Positions 27,380-41,862 of a DNA stretch of 64,000 nucleotides are shown here, piece after piece (the stretch's first letter is position 1; each line of letters starts with the position of its first letter). Below the pieces are notes generated by a model. The model did no database searches. It was not told the origin of the DNA and saw only the letters and a program-made list of their open reading frames with translations. The stretch comes from the human T2T-CHM13v2.0 reference genome, Homo sapiens. Location: NCBI RefSeq assembly GCF_009914755.1, contig NC_060944.1, one strand, 5' to 3'. Both the position numbers and the translations under genes were made by a program.

Positions 27380-28437
27380 TGCCTACTACCCTGAAGAAGC
27401 CATTTTAAACAGTAATAAACCTGAACAACACTAGTGCTCATCCACATAAATACTCCTTGCATCTAGATCTTTTGGCACATAAACATCGATTAGATTTGGC
27501 AGAGCGATGTCCACAAAGAGAGCCAGCGCTTCCTATGCCTGTGCGATCACACAGCATTCATTCCTGGGTATGTGAGCCAGAAATTAGGGACTGCCTTGTC
27601 CCGTAATTTGATGCCCTACATGGGGAAAGATTGTCGTTGGGACTAAGCCAACGAGAGGTAATAGAAACATGATACCACTGACCTCATCCAGGAAAAATAG
27701 CTATTGTCACAGGACAGTGATGCTGAGTATTTGTAGGTTTGGGGAGAAATATATTTGTTAGTGAAATGGAGCTTACTCTGGAGTGAGTAAAGGTGAATTA
27801 TTTTTCAGATGACTAGAGGAGGTTTATGCAATATAGTATTATTGAGTGGGGCTATTAACAGAGTGAATTGCTATTGTGACATGCCATTAAATTGTTTTTA
27901 GTGTCCACAAAGGTATCATTCAGGAGCTGGCAGGGTTAGTAACAGAGTTGTATTTTTGGTGGACAGCAGTAGATCTTGAAACAAAATAGCATATTTTACA
28001 AAAAAGTAAAATATGACCAAAGCTGAAAGTCTATAGCGCGAGGTAGTCATTTGCAACTACTTGACAAGCACCCCGAGGATCTGAACAAGGCTTTCCGGAT
28101 CCACACTGTTGTAGATAGTGGAGGCTGAAATCTGAGCAATCCATCAGGAAGGGGAAGTGAAGGAAGTGAGAGGTAGAGATAAATCTGAATCCTGGGCTCT
28201 TTCGAGGATGTTCTGTCCGTTCCATGAATGTACCTCCAACATGTAGCAGAGAGACTGGCTTAATAATTATTGGCTGAAGGAAGGAAAAAGGTAAAAAAAA
28301 AGAAGAAGAGGAAGAGAAAAAGAAAGAGGGAGGCAGGAAAGAGAGAAGAGAGAGCGAATGAATTAGCCAACCAAACTATTGGTGGTATATTGATGGTATC
28401 TATAGATGCACATGTGGATCTGTGTGTGCATGAAGAT

Positions 28438-28920
28438 GTATTCATTCATTTGTTATTTTTCAATAAATATGTATTGAGTGCCCACTAAGTGTTGGGCACT
28501 GTGCCAGAAACTAAAAATATATTCAATGAGACAGAAAAGGACGAAGCTCTCAGATGACTTACATTTGAGTGAGGGATTCAGAGATAAACAAGGATTGAAA
28601 TAAGCTTACTTCAAGATAGGGCTAAGTATTATAAAGAAAACAAACAAAAAATAAAAACATTGTAACAAGGGAGAGGATAACTAGAAAGAAGCTATGGCTG
28701 GGCATAGTGGCGCACGCCTGTAATCCCCCAATGCTTTCGGAAGCCCAGGTGTGAGTATTGCTTGAGGCCAGGAGCTTGAGATGAGCCTAGGCAACGTATT
28801 GAGACCCTGTCTCCAAAAAAACTTTTTTTAATAGAAAGAATGGGCTACTTTGGGTAGGATGGTGGCCCTGAAGCTGAAACCTTGATGACAATGAACCAAC
28901 CATGGAAAGATCAGTGGAAA
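28438..28920 (-). mobile_element. L2 3' relic, interrupted by FLAM
   Basis: attcattcatt...aaatatgtattgagtgcccactaagtgttgggcactgtgc. Confidence 0.75.
28696..28821 (+). mobile_element. FLAM_C-type Alu monomer
   Basis: Left-arm monomer with a short A tail, and tagaaagaa on both flanks. Confidence 0.88.
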
Positions 28921-28939
28921 CTGATGTTTGATTGACAGC

Positions 28940-29170
28940 GACCCACATGTCAGGCATGCACTCAGTTCTTTGCATCCATTATTTGATTTAATCTTTATTG
29001 AAAACTGTGAGGCAGAGTATTTATAACAACTTCATCGATGACAATGAAGAAAGTGAGACTCAGAGAGACAAGATGACTTGCTCACGGTCAGAGGGCCAGG
29101 AAGAGGCAGAGGCATGATTTGAACCCTGACTTGCTGGATCCAAAGCCTCACAGATGAGCCAGGGTGCCCT
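28940..29170 (-). mobile_element. MIR
   Basis: gaaagtgagactcagagag...tgacttgctcacggtca...gatttgaaccc. Confidence 0.8.
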
Positions 29171-29776
29171 GCTGCCTCAAGACCAAGGGAAGGTCTTTAT
29201 TCCTGTTCATGCTAATGAGGGGAGAAAAATTTGCTCTAAAGTCTCTGTCTTTTGATTTGCAAATGAGTGTTCTTTTTTTAATACCATGTTGTGGCTGTTT
29301 TTGGCTGGTCACTTGGCTTTAATCGTAAAACTTGTTGTAATCCAGATAGTAGATTTCATCTTGAGGGTGATTCCTAAATGATACTAAAGAAAATGTACAT
29401 CTTTCCTATGTGGTCAAAGAACTGAGTCATCTTCCTAAGTTAGATGGTGGTGGGGAAAGGGACAGGGACTTAAAGAAAACAAATTCTTCCACTGAAGAGG
29501 CTCAACCCCATATGGGACACATTTTCTCATAACTAAACTCATATGGGCTGAGCCATGTGGACTGTTAGAAAAATAGAGTAATTTTAGTATCAACCAGCTA
29601 CATCCTGCTCTGTTTCTGCCTTGGTGCCTTGGTTTTATTGTTTGTTTGTTTTCTTGTTCCGTACCTGCTTCACTGGGGCCAGTGAATTTGGTGTTTGTTG
29701 TTGTTGTTTCTTGGTTTTTGTTTATATTTTAAGACAGTAGATTGCTATAAAACATTGGTAGTATGATGATAGATAA

Positions 29777-30250
<474 letters not shown>

Positions 30251-30537
30251 TGAGCACTTTGGTAAGAGATCAAAGGCCCATGAAGTGAACAAAGGCTGTG
30301 ACCCCGTACTTACATATCTAGCAATCTAGTAGGAGAATCTCTGCACTAAGATATATGTAAAATTATATCCAGTGAAACATTGGTAAAATAGTGAAAAATT
30401 AGAAACAACAACAATATCCAATAATAAGGAAATATTTATTTTTGTCAGTAATATAAAAACTTTTATTATTTTAGGGCAATACTTCCCAAATTTCAGTTAT
30501 TTGCGCACCATTTTCACAATGTGCCAAAGCTCTACTC

Positions 30538-30625
30538 TTTATTATTTAATTTTTAAATTTTGTGGGTACATGGTAGATATATATATGTATGGGGTACGTG
30601 TGATGTTTTGATCTAGGCATACAGG
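30538..30625 (-). mobile_element. Short L1 (L1MA/PB-like) 3' end
   Basis: ttttgtgggtacatggtagatatatatatgtatggggtac...gttttgatctaggcata. Confidence 0.75.
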
Positions 30626-31614
30626 GATTGGTTACTTTTTTAAAAATCGGGCAATGGATCATCACCTAGCATTAAAAATTCATGTTTATAAAATGAAAGG
30701 TTTCCCACATATTAAGTAGGAGGAACAAAAGGCAACTTACAAAATAGTGTGTACATTATAATCTGTACCATACTATATCCATTTATAGCTATAATATATC
30801 AATAAGTGGATGTAACTATAGATAGATACTGTTGGATAATATTGTTATTACATTGTTATGATACAATTTATCATAGACAGTGCTCTTCTTTACATTTTTC
30901 TATTACTTCCAGATTTTCCTTATGAAACATGACATTATCACCAGGAAAATATGCACACACACAATGAATGAAGGTCGGCGCTGACGGTGCAAGTTTGGCT
31001 GTCAGTCTACGCAGAGTGGCTCTGCGTGTCTTCTCCCCTCCCGTGCCTTGCTTAACCTTCGGTTGGATGATCCACCCTTTTCTGTGGCCAGCGCTGGCTC
31101 CTGGCATCCTTCTGCTTGCCTTTTGGTTTTCAGCACAAATTCCTGATCTGATTCACCAGGTCCTGCTTAATATGTATTACCAACCCTGTGTTGACAATTT
31201 CAGAAAAACTCAGTCCTGCTTTTATACTCGTTTTCCTCTCGGAATGGTAGCCGGCAAAAGGTGTTCTTAGAGATGGGGGGTCCTGTGTCTTACTAATTCC
31301 CATAAAGGGAAGGGGAGTGGCAGAAGAAGAAAAAAAGTAGGAAAAGAAAATGTTAGTTATGTGTGGTTGATAGTGGCTCAGTGGGTTTACATATTATGAT
31401 AGTTATCAATTTCTTAGCGCTAGATGCTGCAAATCTAAATCTATGTAAGACTCAAGAAGTGGTTGTGTGTCTTGCATGTGAACTGTATCTCACAGCTAAA
31501 ATTTAAAAAAAAAAATAGAAAGAAAAGAAAAGAAAAGAAACAGTCATGGGAGCAAGGGAGAGCAAAAGCCAAAGGTGAATTTTATTTGTTGTTGTTATTT
31601 AAAGTAACTGGGTC

Positions 31615-31920
<306 letters not shown>

Positions 31921-33584
31921 AGTAAATAAAGTAACAGGGTCGACTGATTTCAGAGGAATGTGTATGTTGAAGGGCAGTGTGGTTAGGAGAGAAGATCTCA
32001 GTCGCTGGATTCAGAGTTGCCTGGGTTCAGACCCAGGCCCTGAATTCATCGGCGTTGTTACCTTGAACAGAGACAGTACTATTTGGCAATTAATACGAGC
32101 ATCAAGCAACCAGACACCCAAGTTCCAATCCCAGCTCAGCAATTTCTAAGTGTGCCATTTTAGGCAAGTCACTTAAGTGTCTGAGCTACACTTCTTTGCA
32201 TGCAAAATGAGTGAAATGCTATTTCTTTTACAGAATCAGAAATATATTATTAAGCCTCTGACACGTGGATGATACATAAAATGGTGACTAATATCACTTT
32301 CAGTGATGATGATTTCATTTTATGTATGTGTCTTCCAAAGAGGAAGAAAAATAAGAACATGAGGAAGAGGGAAAGATAAACCAGATTAGGTTGTTTATGA
32401 TTTCATCAAATGGAGAACTCCTGAACGTTTTGTTATGTGTTTTGTTTTTTTGTGAAACACAAGAAAGTCACCAGGACATCTGTGTGGGCATGTGTGCTCC
32501 CCTCCATATTAGATTACATGTTTTAGGACAATAAATCAGTGAAAGAAAAGTAATAAATAATGCATGCTGACAATGTGATCATGTTTATTAAGAAGCAACA
32601 GCCTTGTCATCTTCATTTTCTTCTTCAGTGATTCTCTTCTCTAAGGGTTTTCTCTGCAGGGACTCCCTGCAATCTAGCTGGAGGCCATTCTCTAATTCCT
32701 GTTTGCAGAAATACCTGCTTTGCAAAAAAATAAGTTAAAAGCTGAACACCTGGGTCCTCTGATGAGTCTCCCATCAAATGCAGCCCATCATTAGAGATGG
32801 CTTCTCAGTTTTGAACATCAGGGAGAAACGAGTGGCCCCACTCCACGCCTCCTGCGTGTTGGTGCTTTCCCACCCTCTGTTCTTGCTCCTGTCTTTCTGC
32901 TGTGAGTTTTCTAAGAAGTATCTTTAGGCATCTAGATTTTGAAAAAGAAAAGAAAAAGCTAACTTTTCTTTTCCTAGAAATTTGCAGCTGCTAAAACCAG
33001 ATGTAGACATTAGTACCTTGTGACATCTGAAGATTTTAATTGGGTTTGCATTTTAATCTGTTACTCTTCACTCATTTGCACTTGAATGACAACCCCCCCC
33101 CCCCCAAAAAAAAAAAGCCACACTAGCAATCCTAGTCTCTCAGATGCCTGGAGCAGAATTTTGCTCTGTAAAATTGAAGAGTGTTGCATATTGAGAAAAA
33201 GAGAGGGAGCGAGCCAGGTTGAGAAAGTGGGAGTGGTGAAGGAGAGTAGAGGGAAAGAGACAGGAAGAGAGAAGAAGGAAGAACTTGCAGGCGGTAGCCA
33301 GGAGCACCCTGGCTGGAGTAGAAGGAACCTCACATGCGCCTCACCCTCAGCCTTGTATCACCTCTTTGAAAATGTAATGATCAATCTGACCCAGGCAGTA
33401 ACTGTTCTGACATGCCCTTTCCTCAAATGTCTTGCTGTCTGTGTCCTAGGTTCTGAGAGAGGGTTCTATCTTTTGAGAACAGAGCTAGCTTAGGATTTCA
33501 GTCAAGGGTCAGCTTATATGTCTCTAAATACCCTTGAATCCCCTGCTCCCACTGCAGGTTTCTCATTATTCTTTCTGCCCCTAA

Positions 33585-33849
33585 TTTTTTTTTTTTTTTG
33601 AGATAGAGTCTCACTCTGTCACCCAGGCTGGAGTGCAGTGGCACCATCTTGGCTCACTGCAACCTCAGCCTCCAGGTTCAAGCAATTCTCCTGCCTCACC
33701 CTCCTGACCTGGCTTATTTTTGTATTTTTAGTAGAGACGGGGTTTCCCTATGTTGGCCAGGCTGGTCTCAAACTCCTGACCTCAGTTGATCTGCCTGCCT
33801 CAGCCTCCCAGAGTGCTGTGATTACAGGCATAAGCCATGACACCCAACC
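33585..33849 (-). mobile_element. AluS with an internal deletion of about 35 nt
   Basis: cctcctga joins directly to cctggcttattttt. TSD ctgccc(c/a)taattttt. Confidence 0.92.
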
Positions 33850-36239
33850 CTGCCCATAATTTTTTTTGTCCTCAAATAAAACGCTAATCTTAGAAAACCA
33901 CAAAGGTCCCCCTCTCTTTCTCTCCATTCTCCTTCCTAGTATTATACCACCTCTTCATCCCAAGACCTGCATCATCTTGCTGAAGGTGTGTGTACTGTGA
34001 CACTTTATCATTGAGTGCCAAGCCTATTGTGCTTAAATTATTCACTAGTCAATTACCTGTGTACAGAATCCATGTTTAATTAGCTTGTCCTGACATAAAA
34101 TATCAGGATTTTATGTTCCCTCTGGCTTACCTCTGACATTCATTTTTAAGTTAATGTTTTGTCTTCTTGCTTCCTTCATTCCCTCTCTTCCAGCCTTCCT
34201 CTCTTATTCTCTTTCTACCGTTTTCTATCTTTCATGATGCATATCTCTTTTCTCTTTCTCATTCTTTTCTCTCCCTGCTAGCATTTGATTAAGTTACAAA
34301 AGCAGTAATATCTATGTTTTTAATATTATTCATTGCATTGCTTTCCTGACCTTCTTTTTCCCTCCAGGGTGGGAATGCAGCCCCTGAATTCCTTGACAGG
34401 TGGCCACTCTTTGACACGTTAGACTCCAACTTGCTCACCTTCTTCCAACTGGCTTCAGTTCATTCCATTTTGACCACTGCCATGGTTGGCTTCTACATGA
34501 TCCCCATTTGTGTCTCAACTTGGTCTCCTCAGCCAGGAGCTCTGAGCTGCCTGTTCCTTGCCTTTGATGTACCTCCATTTCCTGTAATTAATCTCAGCTT
34601 TCCCACAGCTCAGCAGTACATGACAGACACAAGGATAAAGCACCCAGTTCGAGCCAGCTCCAGTGTCTCTCCACTTGTATCCATTCCTCGTGGTCTGCCA
34701 CTTTGGTAGGCATCATCTTACCCCAGAGGTAGCACATATGCATGCCATGCAGAAAACACAACACTGACTTCTGTTCAAAGAAAATCAAACCGCCAGAAAG
34801 TGAGGTCATGCAAGCAGGCAGCTCGTCATATTCTCAACAGGGAGCTTTGCTGGATAATTCTGCTTAAAAATACATATATTTACATTTTTATTTATATTTA
34901 GTTCTATGTATATTCAGTGTTCCAAGAAAAACTAATAAAAATCAACTAAACATCTAGCCATTCCAGTGAATTCTATCGCATTGCCAAATATAGTATTGGG
35001 AGCATTGTCCTAACTCTGTTGTCTCCGTGGTATCAAAAGCCAGTATCACTCTGTGTTCTTGATTTTTTCTTATCGACATTCCTGACACTGGCTATGGGGT
35101 GTGTTCAGCACCAAAAGGTCTGTTTTGCCTAACCCTTTGACCAATAGAACAAGTAGATTGGAACAATCTGTCCTTGTAAGGGTTCTTTATAAAAATGTTG
35201 TCCTTGCATTCTTTGATAGATTTTTTACCATTTTTTCTGAAAAAAAAAAAAAAATAGGCCACGTTTCATGGGCAAGACCTTGATACTATCTGGAGAAACA
35301 GATAGCCACAAAAAGTACTTTGAAAAATTAAAGGCATTCTACTCATTCTATTCTCTAAACAGTTAAAGGCACTCTACTTGCCCCATGAGTCTCAATTTCC
35401 TCACCTATAAAGTGGGCACAACTCAGCACGCCAGACCAATAGCAACCTCTCTGAGATAACCCATAAAGAAGTGCTCTGAAAACCCCAGAATGTTCTAACA
35501 ATGAAAACACTGTGCTCCATCTTCATTTTTATCTGGAAAATACAGCAAATTATATTTTCTTTGAAGCTGTCTACAAGAAGTGTTTGGCTGGATTAGCCAG
35601 TTAATGTTAGCAAACTGTGTTGAGATATTGAAAGGTTTTGTAAAAAAGAAAACAATATATGTTTTTTTCTGACACTGTAGAATGTTTAGTGTTCATTTAA
35701 CCTGGAGCATAGCACACCTCAATATAAATTTTCTCATCATTTGACACTTTTTATTGTCTCTGCTTACCATCTGAAATAAGGAAGCTGGGCATTTGGAAAG
35801 GGGGGAGTTTGTGTATCTCAGGATTTTGACTTGTCTGTGTCTTCCGAAGGAGATGCATCCTCTATGTATTACGCAGCAACTTGCTTTGCTCACTTAAAGA
35901 TATAGCATGGACACTCTTAACAATTCGGCAGCTACATAGCTACACGGACAACTCGGTGTTTTTACGCACTCACATGTTACATAATTTTACATAATTACGA
36001 TCACATTATATGATATTTGCTGCTTTTATATTTTTGTTGGTCATCTTCTCCCTCTTTATGTACTGACCCTTTCACTGTTGGTCCCACCCCTTTCCCACTA
36101 CACTCTGCTATCCCACCCCATCCGAAAACCCAAATCAACAACTTGAAGAGGACGTTCACACTTTATGCCATGGGAATATGACCTGTTTGTGACATTTATA
36201 CTCTTTTTCTCTCCAGGCCATCTCTCCCCTGACAAAGAA

Positions 36240-36276
36240 ACACACACACACACACACACACATACATGCACATGCA

Positions 36277-36308
<32 letters not shown>
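36240..36308. repeat. Compound (CA)n microsatellite
   Basis: Two CA runs separated by tacatgcacatgcag. Confidence 0.95.
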
Positions 36309-36309
<1 letters not shown>

Positions 36310-36404
36310 GGGTTGTGGCACTGCCTTTTTATTTTTTAATCTATGTTTGTGAAAATGGCAAGCATCCTCCAAGAAAGAAGACCTCAAATTTGTGTCTGGT
36401 TGCT

Positions 36405-36830
36405 TTTTGTCTTATTTTTAAAATTATCATATGGTAAAATTGACTTTCTCCTGTGGTATACAGTTTTATGAACTTTCATTCATGTATAGATCTGTGTTAT
36501 GACAACAACAGTGAGGACCCAGAAGAGCTCCAGCCCTCCAGAAAACTCCCTCCTGCTTCCCTCTCCAGTCACACCCTCCTCCTACCCTACTCCCGGTCAA
36601 CCTTTGATTTGTTCTCCATCTCTATCATTTTGTCTTTGAATAATGTATATAGATAGAAGCCCGCAGTAATTAACCTTTGGGGACTGGCTTCTTTCATGTA
36701 GCATAAGGCCTTTGTGATCTGTACGAGTTGCTGCCTGCACCTGCCAATTACTCCTTTGCATTGCAGAGGAATGTTCTGGTACATGGATGCACTGCCGTTT
36801 GTTGATGGGTTCTCCCAAGAGTGGAGATTT
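36405..36830 (-). mobile_element. Old L1 (L1MC/ME-like) 3' fragment
   Basis: gtatacagttttatgaacttt...gatttgttctccatctctatcattttgtcttt...gactggcttctttca. Confidence 0.75.
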
Positions 36831-36857
36831 CCTATGGTGCTGGTTAAGTATGTTTGT

Positions 36858-37176
36858 TTATTTTTATTTTATTTTATTTTATTTTGAGACAGGTTCTTGC
36901 TCTATCACCCAGGCTGGAGTACAGTACAGTGGTGCAACCATAGCTCACTGCATCCTTGACCTCCTGGGCTCAAGGATCCTCCCACTTCAGCCTCCAGAAG
37001 TGAGGCTGGAACTACAGGTGTGCACCACCATGCCCAGCTAATGTTTTATTTTTTTTTTTAGAAATAGGGTCTCCCTATGTTGTCTAGGCTGGTCTCAAAC
37101 TCCTGGGCTCAAATGATCCTCTGACCTCAGCCTCCCAAAGCATTGGGATTATAGGCGTGAGCCACCACACCCAGAC
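36858..37176 (-). mobile_element. AluJ
   Basis: Antisense dimer with a (tttta)n tail and J diagnostics. Confidence 0.92.
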
Positions 37177-37214
37177 AATGTTTGTCCCATTTCTAGTACT
37201 TCAGTTTTAGGTAG

Positions 37215-37585
37215 TGTATTCGTGTGCTTTCTGTTGCTTATAACAGAATATCTAAAAGTGGTCAATTTACAGAGGAAATAAATGTATTTATTATAGTTAC
37301 AGAAGCTGAGAAGTCCAAGGTTGAGGGGCTGCATCTGGTGAGGGCCTTCTTGCTGGTGGGGACACTCCACAGAGTCCCAAGGTAGCATAGGGCATCACAC
37401 TGCGAGAATGCTGAGTGTGTTAAGGTGCCATGCACAAGTCTCTCTTCCTCTTATAAAGCCACTAGTTGCACTCCCATGTTAACCCATTCATTCATTAACC
37501 CTTTAATGCATGAATGGATTCATCACCTCTTCAACGCCCTACCTCTCAATACTGCCAGGCAGGGGACAACATTCAAACCATAGCA
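37215..37585 (-). mobile_element. MSTC-like solo LTR
   Basis: tgtatt...gagaagtccaaggttgaggggctgcatctggtgagggccttcttgctg...cattcaaaccatagca. Near-TSD ggtag/agtag. Confidence 0.87.
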
Positions 37586-39372
37586 AGTAGAGAGCGTATA
37601 TTGGTGCATGCATTTACCAAATTAAAACATGGAGAAAACCAAGGGATCGAAGAGCTAGTTTTTAAGGGAACTTAAAATTAATTTGAGCTTACATGGCAGA
37701 TGGACTACTGGGAATAATAACTCCTTCCACCATGTATTGGCTACTTGCTGTATGTCAGGCACTGTGCTGAACACTGTATTTCAATATTTTATTACCTCTC
37801 TTAAAGCCCACTTCAGTAGACACTCTTAATTCTGTTTTATAGAAGAGGAACCTGTAACATCAAAGTAGTTAGAGGAAAGTATCCAATCTCCCTCCCAAAC
37901 ACTGGAACTTCCCAGCAGTTTGTGCTTCTCTTGGCTTGAGTTAAGAGTTTCAAGTCTCCTTTCACTCAGTAGTTTAGATAAACTTGATATTATAGTTTCC
38001 TTTCATTCCTCTAAGTGATGCAAATTGCTTTACCCAAAGAAAGGCATCACATTACACCATTACAGGAAAAAAAAAAATCTACTGAGGAAGAAGGGGAAAA
38101 GAGATGTTTGGATTTTTTTTCCCCTTCATTTTTTTTTCTACCTGATTAAAATGACTGTTAGGATCCATTTTCCCCTTCTTTCTTGTTAAGTGAAGATATT
38201 CCGATCTTACATACAGAAGCAAAATGAAGAAAAGAGATGATCGGTTATGTGGTTTAATGGACTGATATCGTCTAGATGATTCACAAAGCAGGGAGGGTGG
38301 TGTGTCTGCCCTCCTCTGCCTGTCCCTGTGTGGGGATGGCGCTTGGGTTCCGAAAAATTAAAATACATGCAATCAACCAGTTACCTACTTCAATTTCCCA
38401 CTGTAGTTATCCTGGTTTGCCTTTATCATTGATAGTAACACTTCTGCAGCTAAAAATCTAAGAATTAGATTTACAAAATACCAAGAAAACTGCTAACAGA
38501 AATTTTTCTTCTATTAGCTATGTAGCATCCACAGCTGGGCAGACAGATGGATAATATATTCGTGTTTCTTTTTTTTTTTTTTTTCATTCTAAACACTGTG
38601 TATCAAGTAAATTGTTTTCCCCAGGAAGGATCTTGCTGGCTCCGTCACCAAGAATTCAGCTCCTGCAGGTTACATAACTGTTCGTTAGGCATTGAAGAGC
38701 TCAAGATTCCAGCGTCTGTGAATAACTGATATAAATGGAATCACTTTGTAAATGGCTGTCAGGAACTGCCCCTCCATTAAGGAGCCACGTCTAGCCCATC
38801 ACAGTTGCCACCATCCCTCTCTCACCCATCAAATCTGCCGCTAAATCCTATTTGGTCTACCTCTGAAGTGGCCCTCAAATGAGTCCCTAACTCTCTTCAC
38901 CCCCACGGCTGCTGCTTCATCCAGGACTTTGTCACCTTTCAGACACATTCATATCATCGCCCTCTAGCTGATCTCTGTGCACGTAGCCCCTTTAATCCAT
39001 TCTTCTTATTGGCAACAGGAGCATCTTTGTAAAGCACAGCTCTGACCTGATCATGTAGTTCCAAAAATACTACAGATCCCAGGGCTCCAAACAATATTTC
39101 CACAAGTGTAGCGGATAAGATGCTTTGGAGGAACATACAAATGAATACATTTCATTTGAATAGTTGTGGTATTTTTAGAGCTATCTTTAAAAAATAAATC
39201 TAATAAAGTGTATTTTTAAGTGAGCTACTTAAAAAAGAAATCCCCAAGTCAGTAGCCAGCCAGGACAAAAATTGTGAAAGTGGTCCACAAATGACTAATG
39301 TTTGGAAAACACTGGCAGAGGCAGAAAATCCAAACTCCTTAGCCCAGCATTAACAATACTTCATATATCAGT

Positions 39373-39685
<313 letters not shown>

Positions 39686-41530
39686 TCACATATAGGTTCC
39701 TCCAAAATAGCAAATAGTCACCTTAAGGTCTGCCTATTCTCCCTCCACACAAGCTTTTCAACCAGGGCTTTTCTCTCACCCTTAGTCACATCAAACACTC
39801 GGCAGTTTTTTCAGCACACTAAGTCCTTTCATATTTGTGCTCTTCCTCCACCCCCCAACCCCTGCCAACATATTGTTCCTTTTATCTATTCTAGATTGTA
39901 TTTTTCTACCTGATGGACTTCTATATATACTTCAAAACCCAGTTTACATGTGCCAAACTTTGAGAACCCTTCTCTAAGTCCCTCAGGTGGAATTCACCAG
40001 GCCTCTGAGCTGCTACACTCTGCTGGTAACATTCAACACCTGATGTTCTGGCTGTTTCAGTAGGTGTTTCCTTCAATCCCCAGCACTAAGGAATCCCACA
40101 GGGCTGTGCCCAAGTCTCTGTCTCTATTGACCAGCGGTGGGCATGGTGCACAGAGAAGGGCTCAAACATTTTCTGAACAAATGAGGAAATGAATAGCTGA
40201 GTGAATCAAGGCAGATTCAAGGGTGTCTACAGGACAGGGAGGTCTCACACACAACTAATCTGACAAAAGGAATTAATCACAATACACCATCCTCCCTGCT
40301 AAGTGGGTCTGAGAAAGTTGTTCTGACAGTGTTTCTCAAGCTACTTAACCACAACTATCTTTTCTTCTTTAAATTACTCTGAAACATTTACCCTTAGCAA
40401 ATGGTGACACAGCTGCACAGATGCCTTCACATAACACTCACAAGACTTACTATAACTGCTTGCTCTCTGCCTCTCCTCCCCACCAGATTCTCGGTTTCAC
40501 CAGAGCAGAGACTAAGGCTATTTTGTTCATTGCAGTATCACCTGCTAGTACAGGGTCTGGTTTATAGTAAGTACTTGTTATTTCCTGAATAAATGGCATC
40601 TAAATACATATTCCATGAATTTATGTGGCCACCAGACTATCTCGATTTTTCCTTGAAGAAAGAGACTGGGCAAGGTGAGGTGGGAAACCTCCCACAGAAG
40701 GCCCCTTCAAAGCAAGCCCTTTCTTTAAAAAGTATTTGCCCTGCGTTTACTCTGCCCTGCTGTGGTACCAGCTGCCAGCCTGGAGTACTTTCCTTCATTC
40801 CCTGAATTCCCACTGTCCTCCCAATACAAATCAATCTAATTCTGTGTTACTGGCCAGCATTTTGCTTTTAAGTGGCAGTGATCAAAAGTGGAATCTTTCG
40901 TGTCAGATAGAGGGCTAGCAGAGTGGCTGGCACATGGCAAGGCCTCAAAAGTGCTATTATCATTTACAATAATTTATCATGATGTTTACACTCCTAATGA
41001 TAATAAATGCTATGTGCAAAAAACTTGGTTCTCTTTTTCTGGTCCCTTTTATCATTTTATGTCCAGTCCTGAATCCATTCGACTGTTTATTAGGATTCAC
41101 ACTAAACCATACCTATCAGTGATAGCTGCCCTAAGAAGCTTTTTTGCATGTTTCTCAGCATTTAATCATTTTAGGACTTCGCTACAGAACTTCTCTAATC
41201 CCATCCTCTTTATGTTCACTCATGCATGTACTTTTTATCTGGCCGTTTTTTTGCCTCACTGGATCTTAATTTTCTCAGTCCTTCATTAATTCGTTCGACA
41301 AATATTTACTGAGCACCTACGCTATGCAAAGGTACTGTTCTAGGCTCTCAGTGCACAGTGTTGAACAAGACAGAACAGCTTTTACCCTCATAAAAAGTTT
41401 ACTGTAGTGGGGAGAAAGACAAAAAGAAGAAAAAAGGGAATAATATGTACATAAATAAATATGCAATATATATAATATGATATACTAAAATATGTTAATA
41501 GAATATAGCATTATATTTAAAAGATAGAGG

Positions 41531-41862
<332 letters not shown>

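Noticed and set aside
33093-33116. C13A11 abutting homopolymers
   Set aside because: It is an ordinary slippage-prone tract with no functional indication.
34345-34420. Strong-looking splice acceptor (ccttctttttccctccag|G), similarly at about 32659
   Set aside because: There is no convincing donor or coding frame, and such sites are common by chance. A lncRNA exon cannot be excluded without RNA data.
41112-41125. Engineered TRE/vector contamination
   Set aside because: It is a single partial tetO with no multimer, minimal promoter or plasmid sequence.
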